Positions 10,801 through 18,241 of a DNA stretch of 64,000 nt are shown here, piece by piece. The position numbers and the translations under genes were made by a program. The DNA comes from Dehalococcoidia bacterium (GTDB taxonomy: Bacteria > Chloroflexota > Dehalococcoidia > GIF9 > AB-539-J10), in the NCBI GenBank assembly GCA_003562475.1, contig PWUU01000096.1, forward strand, positions 25,853 through 89,852, read 5' to 3'. The stretch's first letter is position 1, and every line of letters starts with the position of its first letter. The notes under the pieces were generated by a model, which saw only the letters and a program-made list of their open reading frames with translations, had not been told where the DNA came from and searched no databases.

Positions 10801-10840
10801 TATCGGGGAATCGTGCTTTGGAATCAACGCTCGTAAACAT
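7802..10840 (-). CDS. ileS: Isoleucyl-tRNA synthetase (type 2)
   Basis: 1012 aa with a class I aaRS HIGH region (PPTTNGSPGIHHV), KMSKSKGN, an editing-domain insertion and a zinc-knuckle CPRCG. Confidence 0.95.
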   Translation of the reverse strand: MFTSVDSKARFPDIEVAVLRFWRENDTFQKSIDARHGQPLFSFNDGPPTTNGSPGIHHVLSRVFKDIPCRYKTMRGYWAPRKAGWDTHGLPVELEVEQSLGLRSKKQIEDYGVAAFNQRCRESAYKYIGQWKALVERIGHWIDMEDPYITLKDDYIESGWWGIKQLWDNGFIYRGYRTTPHCPRCGTSLSSHEVALGYEEDTEDPSVYIKFRISREALAQACSELAKLIGEHEKDVHLLAWTTTPWTLPGNTSLAVSQDAEYAVLSGDTDWVIMAAPLVETVGMSGYRQVGTVTGECLVGLRYEPLFNPHDYDVPRLSMPEFEAQPRPEVLTYPVIAADFVSLEDGTGIVHIAPSFGEVDFEAGMQEKLDFVQQVDLDGKVTGTYPFAHKFVKDADPEVIDDLRARRLLFRVETIRHTYPFCWRCSTPLLYYVKRSWYIKTTAKKERLVSGNLEVNWFPDYIKYGRFGDWLENNVDWAVSRERYWGTPLPVWECPDCGQFECVGGRADLAARPGIEGFHDDLELHRPYVDEVTFACGTCGGRMQRAPEVLDCWFDSGAMTWAQWHYPFENRETFARMFPVDYITEAIDQTRGWFYSLHALSTMLFDGPCFRNVHCLGHVVDANGEKMSKSKGNIIDPWTVVGEYGADAVRWYLLSAVPSESTHRFSVQSLAETMRRHLLTLWNTYSFFVLYANIDCFVPGRQQPVTRAELDRWILSELNQVIVDVTRAMDAYAFTQAIRRIEDFIDLLSNWYVRRSRRRFWKSESDDDKLAAHETLYRCLTTTVRLLAPVAPFVTEEIYQNLVRSVADTAPESVHLADYPVASTEEIDGALNKHMELVMNLASLGRAARAKAGIKVRQPLATAVVVVPGESERAAVTALSEHIREELNVKDVVCVSSMEGEEQGWVVAGDERYRVAVSTELTGELLAEGSAREIVRRLQMMRRSAALEIADHIRVYYEGSPGLQVVFASFADYIRQETLSVELVNGAPPEDAFVQSLKLDDHELVVGILRSS

Positions 10841-10842
10841 GG

Positions 10843-11493
10843 CTAGCGTTCCCTGGGGTGAATCACCACCTTGCGTTCCATGTCGACGCCAACACTCTCA
10901 GTGTACACGTCCGGATGATTTGCCAGCGCAAGATGGATCGCACGACGCTCATCGGCCGGTAAAGGCTCCAGCGTCATCGGTCTGCGGCGGTACTTCGCCT
11001 GGTCGGCAAGCTTGCGGGCCAGGTCCTGCAGTGCATTGTAGCGGCGCCTCTTATAGCCACACACATCAACCGTCACCACCGGCCACTCCGCTTCCCTTGA
11101 GGCGATCATCAGCCGCACCATATACTGCAGGGCGGAGAGTGTCATTCCACGACGCCCTATCAGCACACCAAGATCATCGCCTTCGATATTGAGGACGACC
11201 GACTCGCCGTTTCGTTCGCACAGGACATCGCCCTCGAGACCCATCAGGTCAAGCAAGCGCCTGAGCACGTCAACACCGATCTCGGCACCCGTCGCCGATA
11301 GTCGATGATGGAGTGGTGCACTGCTAAGGTCATCATCCAGATCCGAGGCCTCTTCACCCTGCCCGCTGACAGGAACGTGCGCATCGTCACCATCTCCCGC
11401 ATTCAATGCTTCCCGCTCTATTCCAGGAAACCCTTCACCCTCAGGGCGACTTGCACCAGATTCAGCTTCATTCATCGGACGCACCTCCCTCAA
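10843..11493 (-). CDS. jag: Jag-like KH/R3H RNA-binding protein
   Basis: KH and R3H regions (VVTVDVCGYKRRR.., MTLEPLPADERRAIHLAL). It occupies the conserved position downstream of yidC. The acidic N-terminus leaves the start uncertain (M1 or M7). Confidence 0.8.
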   Translation of the reverse strand: MREVRPMNEAESGASRPEGEGFPGIEREALNAGDGDDAHVPVSGQGEEASDLDDDLSSAPLHHRLSATGAEIGVDVLRRLLDLMGLEGDVLCERNGESVVLNIEGDDLGVLIGRRGMTLSALQYMVRLMIASREAEWPVVTVDVCGYKRRRYNALQDLARKLADQAKYRRRPMTLEPLPADERRAIHLALANHPDVYTESVGVDMERKVVIHPRER

Positions 11494-11518
11494 CTAGGCT
11501 CCCTGCTCATAGGGGGCA

Positions 11519-12274
11519 CTACTGTTTCGCGATGGCAGCGGCCACACCACCACGTCGCAAGTAGCCCCATCCACCACCCACCACATACTGCGTGCCGATG
11601 CCTATGAGATTCGAGACTAACCAGAAGAGCGGCAGGCCGCTCGGGAACATGACCGTGAACATACCGAACATCAGAGGCATCATCATCAGCATCATGCGAT
11701 TCGTCGACTGCTGCCTCGGGTCCGGAGATGGGGGCGTTGTCATCTTCTCCTGGATAAACATAGTGCCCCCGACGAGTATCGCCAGAATCATTGTAGTGTC
11801 AGGTTTCCCCAGATCGAGCCAGAGGAAGCTGCTGTTAACCGGAATCGCCCGCGCGATGGTCTCAGAGGTGTACAGATGCTGCGCCAGGTCGAGCAGGTTC
11901 TCAGGAGTCGTCGCCAGCGTCTTCATGATCGACTGGTACAGGGCTATCCATACCGGGAACTGGATCAGCATTGGCCACATACAGCCAACGGGGTTGATTC
12001 CCGCCTCTTTGTAGAGCTTCATCGTCTCTTGCTGAAGCTTCTGTTTATTCTTCGCGTACTTCTTCTGCAACTCTTTCATCTTGGGCTGCAGTTCCTGCAT
12101 GGCCTTGGTGGATTGAGTCTGCTTGATGGTAACCGGGGTCAGCACCAACCGAACCACGAGAGTGAAGACGATGATGGCCAGTCCGAACTCAACAGCCGTC
12201 GGCATAGCGCCCGAGATGGCGATAAGCCCGTTCATGGCCGGGCGCAGGATGATGACATTCCACACTTCGATCAT
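11519..12274 (-). CDS. yidC: Membrane protein insertase YidC (short, monoderm type)
   Basis: Motifs LAIIVFTLVVRLVLTPVTIKQ, MQELQPKMKELQKKY, LYKEAGINPVGCMWPMLIQFPVWIALY. Confidence 0.92.
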   Translation of the reverse strand: MIEVWNVIILRPAMNGLIAISGAMPTAVEFGLAIIVFTLVVRLVLTPVTIKQTQSTKAMQELQPKMKELQKKYAKNKQKLQQETMKLYKEAGINPVGCMWPMLIQFPVWIALYQSIMKTLATTPENLLDLAQHLYTSETIARAIPVNSSFLWLDLGKPDTTMILAILVGGTMFIQEKMTTPPSPDPRQQSTNRMMLMMMPLMFGMFTVMFPSGLPLFWLVSNLIGIGTQYVVGGGWGYLRRGGVAAAIAKQ

Positions 12275-12282
12275 CTAAGACA

Positions 12283-13518
12283 TCACTCCATCTTCAGCGA
12301 GAAGGTGAACAGGACTGACCTGGACACAGGGTCTATAGCACAGAGAACATTATTCTGGGCCCGCACATAGACCAGGCCTTCGTGGTAGCATGGAGGGGCA
12401 ACTACCTCCGCGCCACACGTGGATGATCGGTCGTTAGTCGGGTGTGGAACTCGCGCACCCATACCGGTGTCACGATTGACAATATGCACATCGCCCGCCT
12501 GTGTAACCACCACCACGTCGTCACCCGCAATGACCGGCGAGACTGCTATCGGGTCATCCGCATTATATGGCTCAACCCAGAGAGGCGCTCCACTCAAGGC
12601 ATCAACTGCATAGAGCCTCCCATCCAGCGACACAGCATACATTACACCATCCTCGACAACCGGCGTTGCCCAGAACCAGTTGTCAGCCTCAAGCCGCCAG
12701 GATGGCTCATCTCCTCCAAGGGGAATAGCCAAAAGGCTTCGGTCAAACGCGCCGATATAGAGCATCTCGTTTGTGACGAGCGGTGAAGACACAAACCCGA
12801 ACTCACTCTTGTAGATCCAGGGCAACACGCCGCCAGTATCGAGATCGAGCGAATAGATGTGACCTTCAAAGGTGCTCACGTACACAACACCATCTACGAC
12901 CGCAGGTGTAGCCCACAGCTTTCCGTCGAGAGGTTCAGATACCCAGAGCTCATCGCCGAACAGTCTGTCCACGGCATAGATGACACCGGCAGTGCGACTG
13001 CCCTCTGAGCGCGAACTCGACACCACCACCGTGTCACCTTCCACTGACGGGTTGCCAACCACCGGACCAATCTTGTCCTCGGTCCGCGGATAAAGCCATT
13101 CGCCCGCACGCAACTGTGGAAACACCATGCCCGCGATACGGGACTGCGGATCGACCATCAGCACCTTGCCCTCATACGTTCCAATGCAGATGTGACCGTT
13201 ACTCAGAACAGGTGTGGCATAAAGAGTCGACGGCACTTGAGACGTGCCACAGCCAAATGTGCCGCGAACCTCAGTGGTGATGGAAAAGTCCCATTCGTCC
13301 CGTGAAGGAAAGGGCTCTCCGCCTGCACGCGCACCGGGATTCAACGCGAGGATTCTCCCATCGGCAGAACCGACGTAGAGCATTTCACCGTCAGCCACAA
13401 TTCCGGAGAACCCCTGAGACCGCACTTCTGCGCATCCGAGCAGCGGAACGGCCAGCAACACACCCAGCAAGAACAGCAACAATGGTATTCGAACAGACTT
13501 CATCGAGGACCCTGACAA
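12283..13518 (-). CDS. PQQ-like (BamB-type) beta-propeller lipoprotein
   Basis: Signal peptide with lipobox LLGC. Repeated ..G.lYa.d..tG..lW.. blades (LYAVDALSGAPLW, IYSLDLDTGGVLPW, IYAVDRLFGDELW). Confidence 0.75.
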   Translation of the reverse strand: MSGSSMKSVRIPLLLFLLGVLLAVPLLGCAEVRSQGFSGIVADGEMLYVGSADGRILALNPGARAGGEPFPSRDEWDFSITTEVRGTFGCGTSQVPSTLYATPVLSNGHICIGTYEGKVLMVDPQSRIAGMVFPQLRAGEWLYPRTEDKIGPVVGNPSVEGDTVVVSSSRSEGSRTAGVIYAVDRLFGDELWVSEPLDGKLWATPAVVDGVVYVSTFEGHIYSLDLDTGGVLPWIYKSEFGFVSSPLVTNEMLYIGAFDRSLLAIPLGGDEPSWRLEADNWFWATPVVEDGVMYAVSLDGRLYAVDALSGAPLWVEPYNADDPIAVSPVIAGDDVVVVTQAGDVHIVNRDTGMGARVPHPTNDRSSTCGAEVVAPPCYHEGLVYVRAQNNVLCAIDPVSRSVLFTFSLKME

Positions 13519-13524
13519 TGCATT

Positions 13525-13755
13525 CTATTTTTCTCTTATCACATTTTGTGGCACGGGATCATACCTGGGTTCCGAAAACGGATGACACCGTACCACCCTC
13601 CCTATCCCGAGCCATACACCCCGGAGCACACCGTGCCGCAGTATCGCTTCAGCCGTGTACTCCGAACACGTAGGCTGAAACCGGCATCGGTGTGGCGTCA
13701 CTTCAGATATGGTCTTCTGGTATGTGCGAACAAGGGCGATCAACGCCGCAGCCAC
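13525..13755 (-). CDS. yidD: Membrane protein insertion efficiency factor YidD
   Basis: YQKTISEVTPHRCRFQPTCSEYTAEAILRHGVLRGVWLGIGRVVRCHPF. The longest ORF (to 13857) overlaps rnpA by 155 nt, so I place the start at the in-frame GTG at 13755. A TTG at 13743 is also possible. Confidence 0.8.
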   Translation of the reverse strand: MAAALIALVRTYQKTISEVTPHRCRFQPTCSEYTAEAILRHGVLRGVWLGIGRVVRCHPFSEPRYDPVPQNVIREK

Positions 13756-14086
13756 TCGCGTTGAGTACGCCGGCTCGGACCAGGAATTGCCGCAACTCGC
13801 GTTCCAGATCTCGGTACTCTGCACTCCGTATGCTCGTTCGGGCGATAACCACCACATCCCATCCCAATGGCATCGCCCGGATATTTACTGCTTCACGAAT
13901 CCGTCGCTTCGCGCGATTGCGCTCAACTGCGGACCCAACCTTCTTACCTGCAACTACGCCCAGACGGCTCCAACCCAACCCGTTTGGAAGTACTCGCACC
14001 ATTAGCGTTGAGCCGGAGTAGAACCGCCCCCGACGAAACACAGCCTTGAACTGCTCGCGTGTAGCGAGAACCCATGGTCTTCTCAT
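13703..14086 (-). CDS. rnpA: Ribonuclease P protein component
   Basis: REQFKAVFRRGR....RLGVVAGKKVGSAVERNRAKRRIREA, in the canonical position after rpmH. Confidence 0.9.
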   Translation of the reverse strand: MRRPWVLATREQFKAVFRRGRFYSGSTLMVRVLPNGLGWSRLGVVAGKKVGSAVERNRAKRRIREAVNIRAMPLGWDVVVIARTSIRSAEYRDLERELRQFLVRAGVLNASGCGVDRPCSHIPEDHI

Positions 14087-14096
14087 CCAGACGAGT

Positions 14097-14237
14097 TCAG
14101 GCAGGTGTCAGCTTCCAGCGACCTTTAAGCCGTCGGCACTTCAACACACGAACGCCGGCCTTTGTCGACATCTTGGCACGGAAGCCCAGCTTCCGCGCCC
14201 GGGGTATTCTCTTGGGCTGATAGGTCCGTTTCGGCAT
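14097..14237 (-). CDS. rpmH: 50S ribosomal protein L34
   Basis: This ORF is absent from the supplied track (46 codons). My manual minus-strand translation from the ATG at 14237 is [46 protein letters not shown]. This is the L34 signature MKRTYQP..R.R..GFR.RM.T..G..vl..RR.KGR..L. Confidence 0.9.
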   Translation of the reverse strand: MPKRTYQPKRIPRARKLGFRAKMSTKAGVRVLKCRRLKGRWKLTPA

Positions 14238-14246
14238 GACCCTCTC

Positions 14247-14546
14247 CTATGAACTGGACGGCCCCGGTGCGGTCCACGCTGTCTGCCAGATATGACTTGG
14301 ACCGTACGGCAGGAGAGCGAGAAAACGCGCGCGTTTGATCGCCTGTGACAGACGGCGCTGATGCCTCGAGCACGCCCTGGACTTATGCCGCGACGCTATC
14401 TTACCACCGCCCTGTATGTACCTTGCCAGCAGACCGGTGTCCTTGTAATCGATCGGCATCCTTTCAGCACAGAACGGACAGATTCGAGGCCTGCTGCCAC
14501 GGAATTTCGATCGTCTTCTTGATCCCGAGTACCGGTAGTTCGCCAT
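14247..14546 (-). CDS. rpsR: 30S ribosomal protein S18
   Basis: CPFC..IDYKDTGLL.RYI..GGKI..R..S..C..HQRRLSQAIKRARFLALLPY, followed by a C-terminal extension of about 20 aa. Confidence 0.92.
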   Translation of the reverse strand: MANYRYSGSRRRSKFRGSRPRICPFCAERMPIDYKDTGLLARYIQGGGKIASRHKSRACSRHQRRLSQAIKRARFLALLPYGPSHIWQTAWTAPGPSSS

Positions 14547-14557
14547 TCATCCACTCC

Positions 14558-14956
14558 TCAGTTCTGGTCAAACGGCATATCATCCGGAACGATGTCTCCC
14601 TCATCAGGAAACGCCGCCGCTCCCGAAGGTCTGCCGAGAAACACGACGTTGTTCGAGGTAACCTCGAGAGAGGTGCGAGGTTGACCATCCTGTGTCTGCC
14701 ACTCCCGAGAATGCAATCGTCCTTCGACGTATACCTGTTGTCCCTTCTTCAGGAACTGATTACACTGCTCTGCCTGCCTGCCCCACACCGTCACACGGAA
14801 CCAGTCCGTCTCCTCCCGGGCCTCTCCTTTCGATGTAGTATAGCGATGCGTTGTAGCCATTCGAAATGAGGTGACCGATTTCCCATCAGGAGTGTAGCGC
14901 ATTTCAGGATCCGCGCCGAGATGCCCGATGAGAATGATCTTATTCAGCGTCGCCAA
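14558..14956 (-). CDS. ssb: Single-stranded DNA-binding protein
   Basis: OB fold MATLNKIILIGHLGADPEMRYTPDGKSVTSF..WFRVTVWGRQAE and an acidic C-terminal tip DDMPF. Confidence 0.92.
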   Translation of the reverse strand: MATLNKIILIGHLGADPEMRYTPDGKSVTSFRMATTHRYTTSKGEAREETDWFRVTVWGRQAEQCNQFLKKGQQVYVEGRLHSREWQTQDGQPRTSLEVTSNNVVFLGRPSGAAAFPDEGDIVPDDMPFDQN

Positions 14957-14961
14957 ATCTT

Positions 14962-15258
14962 CTACTTGCTCCTCTTGATCACTAGATAGCGCAGCACGTC
15001 CACGTCGCTCTCAAGCAGGTCGCGCACGTCACGAATATGGCCGGGCTCGAGTTTGAACCGCATCAGGCTGTAATCGCCTTCCACGTACTTCCTGATTGGA
15101 TACGCCAGCTTCTTCCTGCCCCACCGCTGGGTCTCATCGACAACACCCTGCCGCCCGGTGACAAGCCGGCCAACCTCATCGAGCTTACCCGCAACACTCT
15201 CGTCCGTTGCGTCAGGGCGCACGATAGCTACAAGTTCATAGTCGCACATGGCGGACAT
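14962..15258 (-). CDS. rpsF: 30S ribosomal protein S6
   Basis: YELVAIVRPD....WGRKKLAYPIRK..EGDYSLMRF, first gene of the rpsF-ssb-rpsR trio. Confidence 0.92.
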   Translation of the reverse strand: MSAMCDYELVAIVRPDATDESVAGKLDEVGRLVTGRQGVVDETQRWGRKKLAYPIRKYVEGDYSLMRFKLEPGHIRDVRDLLESDVDVLRYLVIKRSK

Positions 15259-15267
15259 TATATCATG

Positions 15268-16002
15268 TCAGTAGCCGGCGTGTAAGCGCGTCGCCAGTGG
15301 AAGCGGAAGGCCAGCCACACGCATCGCGGCAGCAGTGCCCTCCACATCGTACGATACCCGGTGAAGAGAAACCGTGCCTGTCCCGGTGCTAAGCAGACCG
15401 TACGCCGCACGAGGATCGCCATCCCGTGGCTGTCCCACTGCCCCTGGATTGATGATCAGTCGCCCCCGCACTACCACCCTCTCACCATCGGAGACTGTGC
15501 GAGGGGGCAATGCCTCTCCCTCCGTCATCGAAAGCACAAGAGGTCGGTGCGTATGTCCTGCAAGACAGTGGGCCTTTTCACAGAACGATGCCAGGCATTT
15601 CGCCTGTGCCTCACCGGTCACATATTCCCATATGGGGTCACGTGGTGAGCCGTGCACCAGGACAAAGGATGCCTGGCTGCTCCGCAGCGGTAGTTCGCTC
15701 AGAAACCGCCAGGAAGCCAGTGATAATCGTCGACGAGTCCACAGGCATGCCTCAGCAGCTATTGAGTTGAATTGGGACAAACTGACACGGCCAATCACGC
15801 CGAGGTCGTGATTGCCAGCAATGCATACAAGGGGATATTCCCCCAGCAACGCAATACACGCATCAGGGTCAGGTCCGTAACCGACCACATCCCCGAGCAT
15901 CCATATCGCATCGAAACCTCCGAGCTGCCGGGCATCTTCCAACACTGCCGCGAGCGCTCTCAGGTTCGAATGTACATCGGCCACTATGAGAAAGCGTCCC
16001 AT
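15268..16002 (-). CDS. Metallophosphoesterase family protein
   Basis: FLIVADVHSN, MLGDVVGYGP, IAGNHD and GHTH motifs. I place the start at the ATG at 16002 (MGRFLIV..) rather than the longest ORF start at 16047. Confidence 0.8.
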   Translation of the reverse strand: MGRFLIVADVHSNLRALAAVLEDARQLGGFDAIWMLGDVVGYGPDPDACIALLGEYPLVCIAGNHDLGVIGRVSLSQFNSIAAEACLWTRRRLSLASWRFLSELPLRSSQASFVLVHGSPRDPIWEYVTGEAQAKCLASFCEKAHCLAGHTHRPLVLSMTEGEALPPRTVSDGERVVVRGRLIINPGAVGQPRDGDPRAAYGLLSTGTGTVSLHRVSYDVEGTAAAMRVAGLPLPLATRLHAGY

Positions 16003-16012
16003 GCCTGCCAGC

Positions 16013-16021
16013 ACTATACCA
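16013..16021 (-). promoter_or_regulatory. Extended -10 (TGgTATAGT) for the metallophosphoesterase gene, 10 nt upstream of its ATG
   Basis: The minus strand reads aTGgTATAGTgctggcaggcATG, with no SD. Confidence 0.4.
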
Positions 16022-16039
16022 TGCAACAGCTGACAACCT

Positions 16040-16067
16040 TTGAGCACTCTCGGCTCGATGGTATAAT
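16040..16067 (+). promoter_or_regulatory. Promoter TTGAGC-16 nt-TGgTATAAT for thiL; ATG 7 nt after the -10, no SD
   Basis: TTGAGC at 16040-16045 and TATAAT at 16062-16067 with an upstream TG. The ATG is at 16075. Confidence 0.55.
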
Positions 16068-16074
16068 CGCGCCG

Positions 16075-17079
16075 ATGAAGCTATCTAACCTTGGTGAGTT
16101 TCGCCTCATAGACCTCATCAAGGACGCTGTAGAGCCCACCTACAAGCTACCTTCCGAGACAGCGAGGCGCGTAATCATCGGCATTGGCGATGACACTGCG
16201 GCGTGGCGCGGTTCTGATCTCATACAACTCGCTACAACAGACTCACTCATCGAAAACACTCACTTCGCCTTCGACTGGTGCACGTGGGAAGACCTGGGTC
16301 ATAAGTCGCTCGCTGTAAACCTGAGTGACATCGCAGCCATGGGTGGCCGCGCGCTGTACGCTCTCGTATCCCTTTCCTGCCCGTCTGACGTAGACTCGGA
16401 GGCAATCCTCAGTTATTACCGTGGAATGACCACCCTGGCGCTACAACATGGAGTCGCCATCATAGGCGGCAACCTGGCCACATCGCCGATCGTCACATCG
16501 ACGGTACTCGTGCATGGAGACTCTCCCCGGGGCAGACTGCTTCGACGGTCTACAGCGCAGCCTGGCGACGTGATAGCTGTCACCGGCACACTGGGCACTG
16601 CCGCTGCCGCACTGGCGCGACTGCGCGACGGAACCACGCCGCTACACCGGGTTCCACAGGCCCTTCTCACTGGACTGGTCAGGCCGCAGGCGCGGTTAGC
16701 CGAGGGGCAATTACTTGTCGAGGAGGGCGTAGAGTGTGCCATCGATATCAGCGATGGCTTGTTGAGCGACATTGGCCACATCTGCGAGTGCAGCAATGTG
16801 TCAGCCACCGTATGCGCAGCGCTCCTCCCGATATCGACCGAATGCCGCGATGCCTCTGACGATCCAATTAGACTCGCTCTCACAGGTGGCGAGGTATACG
16901 AGCTCCTGTTCACCTGCAAGCCCGCAACTCTTGACATGGTGGCCGGGAGGCTCGAGTGCCCGGTGACAGCAATCGGCGAGATCGGAGTCCGAACGGACTC
17001 GCCGGTCGTGGTGGTGCTGGGACACGACAATCGGCCGCTAGGAACACCCGACAGGGGCTGGAACCACTTTAGAGAATGA
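16075..17079 (+). CDS. thiL: Thiamine-monophosphate kinase
   Basis: MKLSNLGEFRLIDLI, IGDDTAAW, NLSDIAAMGG, DISDGLLSD. The longest ORF (15772) runs antisense through the neighbouring gene, so the internal ATG at 16075 was chosen. Confidence 0.88.
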   Translation: MKLSNLGEFRLIDLIKDAVEPTYKLPSETARRVIIGIGDDTAAWRGSDLIQLATTDSLIENTHFAFDWCTWEDLGHKSLAVNLSDIAAMGGRALYALVSLSCPSDVDSEAILSYYRGMTTLALQHGVAIIGGNLATSPIVTSTVLVHGDSPRGRLLRRSTAQPGDVIAVTGTLGTAAAALARLRDGTTPLHRVPQALLTGLVRPQARLAEGQLLVEEGVECAIDISDGLLSDIGHICECSNVSATVCAALLPISTECRDASDDPIRLALTGGEVYELLFTCKPATLDMVAGRLECPVTAIGEIGVRTDSPVVVVLGHDNRPLGTPDRGWNHFRE

Positions 17080-17570
17080 CATCCTGTACGTTTGTCAGCA
17101 CGAGCGAACAACAGACGGACTCGCTTGGCCGCCATATTGGTGTGTTATGTCAGGCAGGCGATGTCATACTACTCTCCGGCGAGCTTGGAGCAGGAAAGAC
17201 CTGCCTCGTTCAAGGCATTGCGTCAGGACTCGGCGTGTCGGAATATACCTTCAGCCCCTCATTCGTGTTGGTCAGGGAATACAGGGGGCGCCTCATGCTG
17301 TACCACATGGACTTCTACCGCATTGAGGCGATCGAGGAAGTAGCGGATCTTGGTATTGAGGAATACCTGCATGGCGATGGCGTCTGTGCTATTGAATGGG
17401 CAGATCGTGCCATCGCGCTTCTCCCGGATCAGTGCCTTCACTTCGAGCTCCGATATGTGCCTGACATCGAACAGTCGAGAGAGGTGCGAGCTTCGGCGCG
17501 AGGATCACGCTACGAATACCTGCTGCAACGGCTGCTCACTGAGATGAAGGATTTCGCTCGATGGAACTGA
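17076..17570 (+). CDS. tsaE: tRNA t6A37 biosynthesis ATPase TsaE
   Basis: GDVILLSGELGAGKTCLVQGIA, SPSF.LVREY, YHMDFYR. Its start overlaps the thiL stop (ATGA). Confidence 0.88.
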   Translation: MTSCTFVSTSEQQTDSLGRHIGVLCQAGDVILLSGELGAGKTCLVQGIASGLGVSEYTFSPSFVLVREYRGRLMLYHMDFYRIEAIEEVADLGIEEYLHGDGVCAIEWADRAIALLPDQCLHFELRYVPDIEQSREVRASARGSRYEYLLQRLLTEMKDFARWN

Positions 17571-18241
17571 TACTGGACGCCTCCTCAGATTCTGCTACTG
17601 TCGGTCTTGCATCACAAGGGACCCTGATATGGGACTCCGGCACACTCCCCCCACAGCAGCACACACAGCGACTCCTTCCGGAAATACTGCTTGGACTGTC
17701 CGCAGCTTCTACCGCATTCGGCAGCGTCGAGTTGATTGTGGTCGCTCTTGGCCCCGGACCGTTCAACGGGTTGCGAGTCGCCACAGCCATAGCAAAAGGC
17801 ATCGCAGTCGGAGTAGACGCCGCGCTTGTCGGCATACCCACACTGCACGCCGAGGCGTATCGCTGCCCTCCTTCCCACGGGACAATCCGACCGATCATGC
17901 GCGCCGGGCGCGCCGGCTTTGCGACTGCGTTGTACGCCTGGCGCGACGGATCATGGCAGCAACTGGAGGCCGAACACCTCATCGACGATCCTGCATCCGT
18001 GACGGACACCAGCGTTCCGGTACACTTCAGCGACGACATCGATGTCGATACGGTGACAATATCACCCCGTACGCAGAACGCATCACTTCGTGTCACAGGC
18101 ACAACTCAATCAAGACTGGTAGTACTGGCTGACATGGGATGGCGATACTACTGTGCCGGGGCTACAACCGCTCCGGCAGCACTCCAGCCTCTCTACGTAC
18201 GTCCTCCCCACATCACCAGCCCGCGAAACAGGAGGCCATAG
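17561..18241 (+). CDS. tsaB: tRNA t6A37 biosynthesis protein TsaB (YeaZ)
   Basis: MELILDASSDSATVGLA, GPGPFNGLRVATAIAKGIA. It overlaps tsaE by 10 nt. Confidence 0.85.
   Translation: MELILDASSDSATVGLASQGTLIWDSGTLPPQQHTQRLLPEILLGLSAASTAFGSVELIVVALGPGPFNGLRVATAIAKGIAVGVDAALVGIPTLHAEAYRCPPSHGTIRPIMRAGRAGFATALYAWRDGSWQQLEAEHLIDDPASVTDTSVPVHFSDDIDVDTVTISPRTQNASLRVTGTTQSRLVVLADMGWRYYCAGATTAPAALQPLYVRPPHITSPRNRRP

Noticed and set aside
15963-15971. GGTTCGAAT, a T-loop-like tRNA motif. Similar GTTCGAT strings occur at about 21320 and about 36755.
   Set aside because: All lie inside well-supported coding regions, and no cloverleaf arms surround them. I found no tRNA gene in the window.
15772-16074. 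N-terminal extensions of longest ORFs: thiL from 15772, metG to 24012, rplY to 27164, ggt to 34370, the substrate-binding protein from 28433, the dehydrogenase to 46697, MFS to 49269, and VOC from 42926.
   Set aside because: The extensions overlap neighbouring genes or promoters and lack homology-like sequence. Internal starts give canonical N-termini and have an SD or -10 box in the right place.
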